A stretch of 64,000 nt of DNA from Leptonemataceae bacterium (GTDB lineage: Bacteria > Spirochaetota > Leptospiria > Leptospirales > Leptonemataceae): contig OZ245742.1 of NCBI GenBank assembly GCA_965227295.1, positions 3,392,001-3,456,000 of the forward strand, read 5' to 3'. The notes beneath the pieces were generated by a model, which was not told the DNA's origin, did not search any database, and was given only the letters and a program-made list of their open reading frames with translations. Position 1 is the first letter of the stretch, and each line of letters starts with the position of its first letter. Below, piece by piece: positions 19,662 to 29,116 of the stretch. The translations under genes were made by a program, and so were the position numbers.

Positions 19662-20156
19662 ATGTCCGAGCAAACCCCGCGATTTAACAAGAACGAGGCC
19701 GTCGTCGAGGACAAACGTTCGCTGGCCTTCCCGACGCGCACCCTCGATCCGGCGTATACCCTGGTGGATCGTGCGAAGGAGATCGAGCAGGCGGAGCAGT
19801 CCATCGAATCCCACGTGCACGGCAAGCTGGACGTCATTGTCGATCAGATCCGTTCGTTGAAAGAGCAGGCCCGGGAAATCATGGAGCAGGCCCAGCGCGA
19901 CGTGCAACTGCACCAGGTGAAGTGCAACTTCGAGAAGATGATCGGGCAGCCGATCCACCTCTACGAAAAAGAAGACGGCGCGCTCTACTTCTCGCTGCTT
20001 TCGCCGGCGGACTGGAAGGGCAATCCGCCGAATCGTTTTCGCGGCAGTTACGCGCTGCAGGCCGATCGCAGCTTTGAAGTGATCGAAGAGGTGGAAGTCG
20101 AAACGGAAGCGGCGAGCGAAGATACGGCGGCGCCCGAACCGGAAGCCGGCCGTTGA
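19662..20156 (+). CDS. DUF2452 domain protein
   Basis: KL..I..QI..L..QA, CNFE...G...HLY, SLLSP..W, Y.L.AD.S. Confidence 0.8.
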   Translation: MSEQTPRFNKNEAVVEDKRSLAFPTRTLDPAYTLVDRAKEIEQAEQSIESHVHGKLDVIVDQIRSLKEQAREIMEQAQRDVQLHQVKCNFEKMIGQPIHLYEKEDGALYFSLLSPADWKGNPPNRFRGSYALQADRSFEVIEEVEVETEAASEDTAAPEPEAGR

Positions 20157-20192
20157 TGTTGTGACCGCGCGGGTTTCTTCGTCTACTACTGG

Positions 20193-20987
20193 ATGTCGCT
20201 GTCACTCATCCCCATCGCGATCCAGGAACGCATCGGCGCGGAACTGAAGCGCATCGAAGCCGCGCGTAACGTGCGCGTGCTGTATGCCTGCGAGTCGGGG
20301 AGTCGTGCCTGGGGCTTCGAGTCCCGCGATAGCGACTTCGACGTACGCTTTCTCTACGTGCACGACGTGGACTGGTATCTCACCATCGGCACGCCCCGCG
20401 ATGTGATCGAAGAACCCATCACCGACGAGCTGGACATTTCCGGCTGGGATTTGCGCAAGGCCCTCGTGTTGTTTCGCAAGAGCAACCCGGCGCTGTTGGA
20501 ATGGCTGCGTTCGCCGATCGTCTACTTCGATCGCGACGGTTTCGCGGAACGGCTGAACACGCTGCGCCGCCGCTACTTTTCGCCGCGTTCCGGAATCTAT
20601 CACTATCGTTCCATGGCGGCGCGGAACTATCGCGAGTATCTGCAGCGGGACGCGGTGAAGATCAAGAAGTACTTCTACGTGCTGCGTCCGGTGCTCGCGT
20701 CGTTGTGGATCGAACGTTTCGATGAATCGCCGCCCATGCTCTTTGAAACGCTGCTCGACGAGTTTCTGCCGAAGGGTTCGTCCCTGCGCGGGAAGATCGA
20801 CGTGCTGCTTGAGCGCAAACGTGCGGGGGAAGAACTGGACCTGGAGTCGCGGGTGCCCGAGATTAACATGTTTATCGAATCGGAACTGGAACGCCTGGGG
20901 CAAGTCGTCGACGGGTTGCCCGTGGCCGAGGACCTGGACAAGGCCGCGCTGGATGCGTTGTTTCGGGAGACGGTGCTTGGTACCTGA
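20193..20987 (+). CDS. predicted nucleotidyltransferase (YcgL/RlaP, pol-beta fold)
   Basis: ESGSRAWGF.S.DSD.DVRF, GWDLRKAL.L..KSNP.L.EWL.SP, KKYFYVLRP. Confidence 0.92.
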   Translation: MSLSLIPIAIQERIGAELKRIEAARNVRVLYACESGSRAWGFESRDSDFDVRFLYVHDVDWYLTIGTPRDVIEEPITDELDISGWDLRKALVLFRKSNPALLEWLRSPIVYFDRDGFAERLNTLRRRYFSPRSGIYHYRSMAARNYREYLQRDAVKIKKYFYVLRPVLASLWIERFDESPPMLFETLLDEFLPKGSSLRGKIDVLLERKRAGEELDLESRVPEINMFIESELERLGQVVDGLPVAEDLDKAALDALFRETVLGT

Positions 20988-21016
20988 CCTACGGCTGTAT
21001 GACCCGGATGCCGGGA

Positions 21017-22165
21017 TCATTCAACCGCCAGGACCTTCCGGGCCACCGCCTCGCCGAAAGCCGCGGCCCGTTCCACGCGTTCCAGATCCACGGCGTCGGC
21101 GGTGTCCTGAGGCGTATGGATCCACGGCATGAGGCCCTCGTCGTCATAGGAGGCGATCGTCAACGCGGGCAGGCCGCCGCGATGAAACCAGACACTGTCG
21201 AAGTCACCGACGTGATGCCGGCCGGAGCTGATGTCTGTAAAGGCGGGATCCTCCTCGCTTAACTTCTGAGCAGCGGCGGTTAATACGTTCTCGTAACGAA
21301 CCGCCGTGAAACCGCCGCTCTGCACAATGAACCGCACGTTCTTTGTCCCCAGGGTGTCGTAGTTCAAGACGCCGGTCTCGCGCTCGTGCAACTCACGACG
21401 GTGTTTGCGATAGTAGTGCCGGGCTCCGAGCATGCCGGCTTCCTCGGCGCTGGTAATCACCAGACGCACCTCGGTGTTCGCGGGCGGATCATTCCAGAGC
21501 CGCGCGGCCGTTTGTACCGCCGCGGCCACCCCGCTCAAGTTATCGTTCGCGCCGGGCGTAAAACCGAAGCGCAGATAATCGATGCACGCGATGACGTACT
21601 GCACCAACACGGCCGTGCTCGCCGCGGCGAGCACCCAGGTCGGGAGCGTGATGCCGGCGAGGGCCAGAGCCGGTAACACCACACCGGTGCCGATGATCGC
21701 CGTGCCCAGGTAAATGGCCGCGGCGAAGTTCTTCACCTGGTCCGGACGATAGGCGAACGAGGCAGGGGCGCTGTCCAGATGAGCCATCACAATGAGCAGG
21801 CGCGGGCCGGAGCCGCCCCGGGCAACCAGGTTTGCCGTTGTGCGACGCGGGCCGAGCCATATCAACGGCGACAGGCGCCAGTCAAAGAAGAGGACGTGAC
21901 TGAGAAAGGCCGTCGCGCCCAGGACGAGACCGGCGACGGCCTGCTGCGGCGCGAGCCAGTGCGCGGCGACGGCGCCCGCGGCGATGAGGGCAAAGAACGG
22001 AAGATACGTGGCGGGGGCGAAGAAAAGCTCGGTGCTCACGTGAGCGGGGCCGTGTGTTTCCAGATGCCGGCGTAATTGTTCCCGGGCCTCGTACTCGTGG
22101 TGTGTTCCCGTACCGCGATGGGGAATCTCCGCGAGCATGGTAAATACTTCACGCACTCGTAACAT
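21017..22165 (-). CDS. M28 family membrane-associated peptidase
   Basis: AH.DS, GANDN.SG, AEE.G..GA, N.D..G, HT..D; internal TM helices. Confidence 0.85.
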   Translation of the reverse strand: MLRVREVFTMLAEIPHRGTGTHHEYEAREQLRRHLETHGPAHVSTELFFAPATYLPFFALIAAGAVAAHWLAPQQAVAGLVLGATAFLSHVLFFDWRLSPLIWLGPRRTTANLVARGGSGPRLLIVMAHLDSAPASFAYRPDQVKNFAAAIYLGTAIIGTGVVLPALALAGITLPTWVLAAASTAVLVQYVIACIDYLRFGFTPGANDNLSGVAAAVQTAARLWNDPPANTEVRLVITSAEEAGMLGARHYYRKHRRELHERETGVLNYDTLGTKNVRFIVQSGGFTAVRYENVLTAAAQKLSEEDPAFTDISSGRHHVGDFDSVWFHRGGLPALTIASYDDEGLMPWIHTPQDTADAVDLERVERAAAFGEAVARKVLAVE

Positions 22166-22240
22166 TCTACGAGAAGAACCGAAGCGAAGTCCGGCGTCCA
22201 GAATAAACCCCTTGCCCTTTTTGCAGCGCAACTTCCAACT

Positions 22241-24556
22241 GTGCCCGTGCTTGATCCGCCGTCCGAATTCAGCAGTTCCGCTCTCGCCGCAAAACCGGAG
22301 ACGCTCCAGGTCGGCGAGCACCGCGTGGACTATCTCGCGTTTTCCAGGCCGGAGTACGCCGATCGTGTTCCCGTCGTGTTGATCGGCGGGGTCTTACAAA
22401 ACTTTGCGGGCTTTCGTCGCGAGGTGAATACCTTTCTCGATCATCGTCCGGTGTGGATCGTCTTTCTGCCCGGCCAGGGTCCGAACCCGGAACTCAGCCA
22501 GGATCTCTCGTTTCACGATCTGGCCGCGGTACTCCGGGACTTCCTCGATGAGCGGGGCGTGGATCGCATTGCGCCCATGGGATTGTTCTTCGGCGCGCTC
22601 ATCGCCTTCGCCTTCGCCTCGGCGTACCCCGCTCGAACCGAGCGTGCGATTTTCGCCGGCATTACCGTGGAGTTGCGCGAGGGCTTCGCGCGCCAACTGG
22701 AGTCCGCGCTGCAATACGTCGAAGCCGGTGAGATGAAAAAGTTCGCCCGGGCTTCCGTACTGCACATGAGCAATCCCTCGAAGTGGGAACAGACCGGTGT
22801 GCGCGAACGTTTTCTGAAGTTCTTCGCGCATAAGATTCAAAACATGTCGCCGGCCGAGCAGCGAAAGTACGTACAGAACGTGCGTCGATTGTTTCGCATG
22901 GGTACGGAGTTCGACGAAGACGTACGCGTTCCCGGCCCGGCGTTGATTTTGTCCGGCGAGTTCGACATGTTCACCACCCGCGGCGATAACTTTCGCGCGG
23001 CGGAACGTTGCGACGACGCGCGCTTTGCCGTGATTCGTAACGCCGATCATCTGGGTCGCCTGGAGCGCAGCGAGGAATGGTTGCAGGCCTGCGATGTGTT
23101 TCTGCGCGGTGCCGACGTTTCGGAAGTAAGCGGTGTCGAGGTCTGGCCGGCCTTCGATCATCGCCTGGATCCGCGCTGGGATGCGAAGGATGTGCGCGTG
23201 CGGATTACGAGTCCCGGCGGGGGGACGGTGGACGGCCGGCTGCGCAACGTAAACTATGACGGCTGCCTGGTTCATCTGGACGGTGCGACCTTGCAGATGG
23301 AGCCGGCCCTCTTCGTCGAACAGGGCGGCGACTTTCAGGTACGCATCGAACCCGAGGGCGAAGAGGACATCTGCATCGACGGAGTGCCGTTGCCCGGCAG
23401 CACGGACGACCAGGTGCGATTTGTATTTATGAAGAACGACTTTCGATCCGTGGGTGCGCTCAAACGTTTCGTAGACAACGCGGCGAAGGCCCTGGTGTTC
23501 TTGCTCGCCTGCGGCGTGACTTCGCTGTTCGCCTTTCATCCGGAGGAGGATCAGGATCGCTGGACGCGGCTTACGATTAAAGAAGCCTTCGTGAGTCGCG
23601 CAACGTCTCAGGCCCACCGCGACGTCTTCAGCGCGCCGGAGTTCGGCTGGCACGTGAGGTCCGCGGGCAATCGTCTCGCCCGGGGTGATCTTTACGCGGA
23701 CGTATATTACGCGCGCGGGCCGGACGAACCGGCGCGCCTGGTGCTGGTGGAACGAGATATGCTGGCGGACGACACCGTGGCCGGGGTAGATCTGCCGCCG
23801 GCCACCGGTAAGATCGAACGGTACGAACTTACGAGTAACGGCGACTTTGTAATGCTCGAACGCAGTGAGTTCCGTCCCGACGCGAACTCCGGTGCCGATG
23901 CCCGCAAGTGCGGGGCCATCGCGCTTGCCGGCAAAAAAGAACACACGGACAGCCTTTCGTTTCGCGACGGCGATTACACGGACTACTATTATCTGCCGGA
24001 GAAACCCACGGTAGTGCTGATCCTCGATCGTTCCATTGGCGGGGACTTTACGTTTCCCGACGCCGTCGCTCCGCCGCGCATCGTTCCGGAAGGCCCCGTC
24101 TTCGGCCGTACCGTGGTGCTGGACTTTGCCGGCCGGAAAGAGATGCCCTACCTGCGATTGCGCGGGAGCATCGGCGCGGGTAAGAGTGCCTATCGTCTGT
24201 TGATCGTGGAGCACGCGGATCCGGACGAGCGCGCCCGCGGGCTCATCCGCGCTCTTTTTCAGTATATTCGTACCGACCGCGACGGTGGGAGCGGCTATTT
24301 TCGCAGCACGGTTACGGACATCATGTTAAAGTACGACGAAATAAACTTAGCGAACGAGTGCCGCTCCGCTCTGGAAAATCCCCGGGAAACCGAGGCACTG
24401 CGCATCTTCTGCGGCGAAGCACTCTACAAACGCGGCGATGCCGACGACCGCAAGTTTCTGGACGAGCGTTACGACGGCGAGAGCGAGGAGTACCGGCGCC
24501 GGCTGCGACGTTTCCACGAGAAGCCCCTGCAAGGAGAGGAGGCCGCGCAACCGTGA
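22241..24556 (+). CDS. alpha/beta-hydrolase + PilZ fusion with a hydrophobic segment and an unknown C-terminal domain
   Basis: Hydrolase fold (LPGQG, G.xxG elbow, GEFD, ADH), RLDPR...NVNYDGC PilZ-type motif, then ALVFLLACGVTSLFA. Confidence 0.7.
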   Translation: MPVLDPPSEFSSSALAAKPETLQVGEHRVDYLAFSRPEYADRVPVVLIGGVLQNFAGFRREVNTFLDHRPVWIVFLPGQGPNPELSQDLSFHDLAAVLRDFLDERGVDRIAPMGLFFGALIAFAFASAYPARTERAIFAGITVELREGFARQLESALQYVEAGEMKKFARASVLHMSNPSKWEQTGVRERFLKFFAHKIQNMSPAEQRKYVQNVRRLFRMGTEFDEDVRVPGPALILSGEFDMFTTRGDNFRAAERCDDARFAVIRNADHLGRLERSEEWLQACDVFLRGADVSEVSGVEVWPAFDHRLDPRWDAKDVRVRITSPGGGTVDGRLRNVNYDGCLVHLDGATLQMEPALFVEQGGDFQVRIEPEGEEDICIDGVPLPGSTDDQVRFVFMKNDFRSVGALKRFVDNAAKALVFLLACGVTSLFAFHPEEDQDRWTRLTIKEAFVSRATSQAHRDVFSAPEFGWHVRSAGNRLARGDLYADVYYARGPDEPARLVLVERDMLADDTVAGVDLPPATGKIERYELTSNGDFVMLERSEFRPDANSGADARKCGAIALAGKKEHTDSLSFRDGDYTDYYYLPEKPTVVLILDRSIGGDFTFPDAVAPPRIVPEGPVFGRTVVLDFAGRKEMPYLRLRGSIGAGKSAYRLLIVEHADPDERARGLIRALFQYIRTDRDGGSGYFRSTVTDIMLKYDEINLANECRSALENPRETEALRIFCGEALYKRGDADDRKFLDERYDGESEEYRRRLRRFHEKPLQGEEAAQP

Positions 24557-25203
24557 TCGAGTTCTTGATGGATCAGGCGCAGTACGCGCACTTCTACGCG
24601 TTCGGATTGCTGATGCTCGCTGGATTGAACATCCCGGTATCCGAGGACCTCGTCGCCATCGGCTGCGGCGTGCTGTCGGCCACCGTCGTTCCGGAAAACA
24701 TTACGATTCTTTTTCTGGGCGTATACATCGGCGCTTTTTGCAGCGACGTCGAAAACTACTGGCTCGCTCGCATCGTCGGCACGCGCTTGCTTCGATGGCG
24801 TCCCATCCGGGCCGTCATCTCGCCGGAGCGCCTGGCCCAGGCCAAACGCCTCACCGAACGTTACGGCGCCTTCGCGATTTTGTTCGGTCGCTTCATTCCG
24901 TTCGGGGTCCGCAACGCCCTGTTTACCACGGCCGGCCTCACGCACATGCCGTTTCTTCGTTTCGCTCTGGCCGATCTTGTTGCCTGCACGATTACGACGA
25001 TCATCCTGTTTTCCCTGGGCAACGCCTTCGGAAAGAACTACGATAAACTCCTCGATTACGTGAACGAGGGAAAGATCTACATCATTTCTGTTGTGGCGAT
25101 TGTCGGCGTCGTAGTGTTTGTTGTGGTGAAGTTACGGGAAACAAAAAATGCCGGAAAGGACGTGGAGGAACGATCTAAAGAGAATTCAAAAACGTTTCAC
25201 TGA
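24553..25203 (+). CDS. DedA family membrane protein
   Basis: P.SED, G...SD...Y, YG..AI..GRFIP.G.R; GTGA overlap with the upstream stop. Confidence 0.9.
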   Translation: MIEFLMDQAQYAHFYAFGLLMLAGLNIPVSEDLVAIGCGVLSATVVPENITILFLGVYIGAFCSDVENYWLARIVGTRLLRWRPIRAVISPERLAQAKRLTERYGAFAILFGRFIPFGVRNALFTTAGLTHMPFLRFALADLVACTITTIILFSLGNAFGKNYDKLLDYVNEGKIYIISVVAIVGVVVFVVVKLRETKNAGKDVEERSKENSKTFH

Positions 25204-26143
25204 GTCCGGCAATCCAGTCTCTTTGCGCAAGACCCGCTTGCCATTTCGGCGGGATAGAATCGATTCCGTAGTAGATGCCTGCAAGACCGCCGGTTACCGC
25301 CGCGGTGGTATCTGAATCATCTCCCAGATTGACGGCCCTCAGCGTCGCAGCGGGATAATCATGTTCATTCAAAAGGCACCAGAGACTTGCTTCCAGCGTG
25401 TGAATCACAAATCCAGTGGAGTGAATTTGTGATTCAGGTATATCGGTGAAAGCACTGTCCAGGATGCGGTCGAAGTGATGTGCATGATTGGTACCGAGAA
25501 TGCTTCGGTATTCGTCCGATCGCTTACGAACGGATTGTAAGGCGGTTGCGGGGACCGCACCCCGCACTAGTGAACGGGCAAAGTCCAGGAACACAATGCA
25601 GGCCGTGTTGGATATATTATGCCTGTGAGTCAATGAGCAGACTTTCAGTATCAGTTGCAATTCATTCTCCCGGCTTCCCGGAAATTGCCGGGATTCCAGA
25701 AAAAATGCGAGAGGTAGAATGCGCATCAGTGCCCCGTTGCCGTTATCCATCGCTGTATCGCCGCCTGCAAGCGTCGGATCGATACCGGTTGCGAGACGAT
25801 CCAGCGCGCGGGATGTCGCGATACCGATGTCGAAGACCTCCCCGTGGGCCGTGAAGAAGCCGTACGACCACCAGGCAAGGAACTTCCCGGCTAACTTCTG
25901 AAGAGTAAAACCTTCGCCCAACGCTTCTAGAAGCGCCAGCATCAAGGAACTATCATCCGACCACGTTCCCGCCGGTTGATTATGCGTTCCGTACGCTCGA
26001 TAGTCACGCACCGGATCCCTTCGTAATTCTTCGCGCGAAAGAAACTCCACCGGCACTCCCAGGGCATCGCCGATACATGCGCCGAAAACGCCGCCGTGCA
26101 CTCTATTTCGAAGCGTAATGCTCAACTTTTTCGGAGCTTCCAT
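25175..26143 (-). CDS. ADP-ribosylglycohydrolase (DraG/ARH family)
   Basis: GDALG.P.EF, WSDDS, GNGALMR..P, TH, AVNLG.D.DT.AA.TG.LAG. Confidence 0.93.
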   Translation of the reverse strand: MEAPKKLSITLRNRVHGGVFGACIGDALGVPVEFLSREELRRDPVRDYRAYGTHNQPAGTWSDDSSLMLALLEALGEGFTLQKLAGKFLAWWSYGFFTAHGEVFDIGIATSRALDRLATGIDPTLAGGDTAMDNGNGALMRILPLAFFLESRQFPGSRENELQLILKVCSLTHRHNISNTACIVFLDFARSLVRGAVPATALQSVRKRSDEYRSILGTNHAHHFDRILDSAFTDIPESQIHSTGFVIHTLEASLWCLLNEHDYPAATLRAVNLGDDSDTTAAVTGGLAGIYYGIDSIPPKWQAGLAQRDWIAGLSETFLNSL

Positions 26144-26550
26144 CCCTGTTCCCGACAGTACGCTTCCATCGTCCGAAACGAATCGCGCAGGAATTTTTCC
26201 AGGGCCTTCGCGTCGATCTGATCCAGGTCTTTGATGTACACGCAGCTCTTGCCGATCTTCACCGGACCGAGGTCCTCTGCGTAGAGCTCCGTCAGATACT
26301 GCCCGTCCCGCGTGGCCATGGAATACAGCGTGATCTGATTCTTACGCGCGGCGTAACCGACGGAAAACCAGGTACCGCTCCGGCCCGAATCGTAGACGTA
26401 ATCGTACTCGCCGAAGCCGACCATGTCGTTGTTTACGCCGTAGAGCTTCGCCTGCCAGCGCGGGCGCACTTTGCGGATGATGCGATCCAGACGGCGCAGT
26501 TGCTCAGCCCGGGGATGCTTGAGCTTCTTTAAGAATTCCGCAACGGTCAT
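26122..26550 (-). CDS. DUF1801 (YdhG-like) protein
   Basis: MVGFG.Y.Y.Y.SG.SG.W, ..RK..ITLY, GKSC.YIK.L..ID. Confidence 0.85.
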   Translation of the reverse strand: MTVAEFLKKLKHPRAEQLRRLDRIIRKVRPRWQAKLYGVNNDMVGFGEYDYVYDSGRSGTWFSVGYAARKNQITLYSMATRDGQYLTELYAEDLGPVKIGKSCVYIKDLDQIDAKALEKFLRDSFRTMEAYCREQGWKLRKS

Positions 26551-26954
26551 CGCAATCCTTTCACCGCGTTGTGCATAAACTCGGCGCTCTTCCGTAACAT
26601 CCACATGCTGATGCGCACGAGCAGAAATACGTAGATCAGCGGCACGATCAACAGCACGTAACCGCCGAAGATGTAGGCGCTTTCTTCGTCGCCGCTCATG
26701 CGCCGCGGGATGGCGATCTCGCCGGGCGGCGCCGGTTCCTCGGGTAATTCGTGGACGCGATCGCGCAGCTCGACCCAGGCCGCAAATTTCTCCGGCGCGT
26801 AGAGGAGATCGTACGCGGCGAAGAAGGCGAGGAACGCGAGATACGCGCCCAGAAAAAAACAGAGGATGCCGAAGCCGCCGGAGAGCGCGGCGCCGGCGCT
26901 GAAACCGGGGCCGTCTCCGTCGTGCTGAGGTCGATGTTCGGTTTTATCGTACAT
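26547..26954 (-). CDS. hypothetical two-TM membrane protein
   Basis: Two hydrophobic helices; ATGA coupling to the DUF1801 gene. Confidence 0.6.
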   Translation of the reverse strand: MYDKTEHRPQHDGDGPGFSAGAALSGGFGILCFFLGAYLAFLAFFAAYDLLYAPEKFAAWVELRDRVHELPEEPAPPGEIAIPRRMSGDEESAYIFGGYVLLIVPLIYVFLLVRISMWMLRKSAEFMHNAVKGLR

Positions 26955-27082
26955 GTTGCGCCGCTTACCCCGCCGGGAACCAGACCGGCATAACGCGCTT
27001 TCGGTGTAAATCGCAGTTGTACGGGATCAAGCCGAAATAATATTCACGTTTACCAGGCGGGCCGCTGAAAAAAACCTGCCCG

Positions 27083-28264
27083 ATGACCGAACCGGTGTAT
27101 CCCATGATCGCCAAAACCATGCGCGGTCTCGAAGAGTTGCTCGCCGCGGAGCTGGACGCGATCGGCGCCAGGCGCACGGCCGTGCAGCCGCGAGCCGTCG
27201 TCTTCGAGGGCGACACCGAAACGATGTATCGTGCGAACGTCGAGAGCCGGTTGGCCCTGCGCGTGCTGAAACCCGTGCGCACGTTTTATATTAACTCCCA
27301 GGATGAGTTCTACGAAAAAATGCGCGCCTACGATTGGTCGCAGCACATGGGCAACGATACGTCCTTCGCCGTGGATACCACGGTCTTCAGCGATCTGTTT
27401 CAGAACTCTCAGTTTGTAGCGTATCGTACCAAAGATGCGATCGTCGATTACTTTCGGGATCGCACCGGCGGTCGGCCGAACGTGGACATCAAGTTCCCCG
27501 CGATTCGTTTTCATGTCCGATTGGAACGCAAACTCGTGACGGTGTCGCTGGACAGTTCCGGTCAATCGTTGCACCGTCGCGGCTATCGCAGTCGCGCCGA
27601 CCGCGCGCCCATCTCGGAAGTTCTCGCCGCCGGGCTGATCCTGCTCTCCGGCTGGGATCGTCGCGGGACCTTCGTGGATCCCATGTGCGGTTCGGGGACC
27701 ATCGCCATCGAAGCGGCAATGATCGCGCGCAACGTCGCGCCGGGTTTGATTCGCGAGCGCTTCGGATTCATGAACTGGCCGGACTACGATGCCGCGCTCT
27801 TTCGCAGAGTGCGCGAGGCTGCAAAGGGACGTGCCCATCAGCGTCCGGCCCGCGGTGTCTTTCGGCCGGTGGTCGCCGCCGATCTTTCAGCGAAGGTCAT
27901 CGACATCGCGAAAGAAAACGTGCGCCGCGCCGGCCTGCCGGCGGAGGCCGTAGAGTTTCACCAGAGCGCCTTCGAAAACTTCGAGCCGCCGCCGGGGCCG
28001 GGCGTCGTCGTCATGAATCCACCGTACGGTCAACGCCTCAAGAAAGTGGACATCGATCGCTTTTACAAACACCTGGGCGACAAACTCAAACATAGCTACG
28101 ATCAATACGACGCCTGGATTCTGTCTTCGAACAAAGAGGCGCTGAAGGCCGTGCACCTCAAGGCTTCGAAGCGGATCACATTGTACAACGGGCCCTTAGA
28201 ATGCAGTTATCGTAAGTTTGAGATCTACGCGCCGAGCCCCGCTGAAGACGAAGTTCAGGAGTAG
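27083..28264 (+). CDS. THUMP-domain rRNA m2G methyltransferase (RlmL/YpsC-like)
   Basis: GLE.LL..EL, THUMP, LD.SG.SLHRRGYR, DPMCGSGTI.IEAA, NPPYG.R. Confidence 0.93.
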   Translation: MTEPVYPMIAKTMRGLEELLAAELDAIGARRTAVQPRAVVFEGDTETMYRANVESRLALRVLKPVRTFYINSQDEFYEKMRAYDWSQHMGNDTSFAVDTTVFSDLFQNSQFVAYRTKDAIVDYFRDRTGGRPNVDIKFPAIRFHVRLERKLVTVSLDSSGQSLHRRGYRSRADRAPISEVLAAGLILLSGWDRRGTFVDPMCGSGTIAIEAAMIARNVAPGLIRERFGFMNWPDYDAALFRRVREAAKGRAHQRPARGVFRPVVAADLSAKVIDIAKENVRRAGLPAEAVEFHQSAFENFEPPPGPGVVVMNPPYGQRLKKVDIDRFYKHLGDKLKHSYDQYDAWILSSNKEALKAVHLKASKRITLYNGPLECSYRKFEIYAPSPAEDEVQE

Positions 28265-28983
28265 AACTTTGCCGCCTCGCTCAATTCCAGGCGCGGCGCG
28301 TGAAATTCGTTCAGCGCCTTGCCCGCCTCGGGATAACCGATGCTGATGCCGCAGACGATCTTGTCGGTTTCCGCTAAGTCGAGTTCCCGGCGGACTACGG
28401 CGGGAAAGGCGCCCAGCGCGGCCTGGGGACAGCAGCCGAGGCCGTATGCCCGGGCGAGCAATAGAACGGTTTGTAACGCGCATCCCAGGTCCATGCCGGT
28501 AAAGAAGTCGGTGGCGAAGTCCGTCGTAATGAACACCGCCACCGGCGCACCGAAGAATCGAAAATTCTCCAGCATGAAGGCGTCCCGCGCCTGGCGGTCT
28601 TTGCGGTCGATGCCGGCGACTCCGTAGACCCGCATGCCGAGATCAAACATGCGTCGTTTCGCCTGCGCCGGATAGGCTTCCGGCCAGGCGACGTCCGGTG
28701 CCGGCTCGCTTTCCTGCGCGGCCTTAACTAACAGATCGGCCAGGCGATTTCGCCGTTCTCCGGTTACAATGTGATACTTCCACGGTTGAGAGTTTTTCCA
28801 GCTCGGCGCGCGCAACGCCCGGCCAAAAAGATCTTCAAGCACTTCCGCGGGAACGGGGCGGTCCTCGTAGGCCCGCACACTGTGCCGGCTTTCTACGGCC
28901 TCGAATAGATTTGTGGCCGCCCCGTGTACGGCCAGGAAACGTTCCCCGGCCGTTTCCGTAATGTTTGAATGACCCGTGTTCAT
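28255..28983 (-). CDS. nitroreductase family protein
   Basis: SR.SVR.Y, APS..N.QPW, FFGAP, G...CPQ; GGGAGG RBS upstream. Confidence 0.92.
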   Translation of the reverse strand: MNTGHSNITETAGERFLAVHGAATNLFEAVESRHSVRAYEDRPVPAEVLEDLFGRALRAPSWKNSQPWKYHIVTGERRNRLADLLVKAAQESEPAPDVAWPEAYPAQAKRRMFDLGMRVYGVAGIDRKDRQARDAFMLENFRFFGAPVAVFITTDFATDFFTGMDLGCALQTVLLLARAYGLGCCPQAALGAFPAVVRRELDLAETDKIVCGISIGYPEAGKALNEFHAPRLELSEAAKFYS

Positions 28984-29006
28984 GACAGAGTCCTCCCATG
29001 AATGAA

Positions 29007-29036
29007 TTGACAGACAGACTGGTCTGTCTGTATCCT
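29007..29036. promoter_or_regulatory. palindromic TetR-type operator within a sigma70-like promoter
   Basis: ACAGACAGAC-TG-GTCTGTCTGT (29010-29031) spanning TTGACA (29007-29012) and TATCCT (29031-29036), between the divergent nitroreductase and TetR genes. Confidence 0.8.
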
Positions 29037-29116
29037 GCTGTCCATGAAAATTTCGGGGCCGGAGAAAATCCCGGAAATCACTTGCCGATGCCCCGTGCAG
29101 TGCGTTATCGTTCGGC

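Noticed and set aside
22394..24214. 606-aa minus-strand ORF and many similar long antisense ORFs (e.g. 7154-8410, 3962-4927)
   Set aside because: Shadow ORFs expected opposite real genes in high-GC DNA; no motifs
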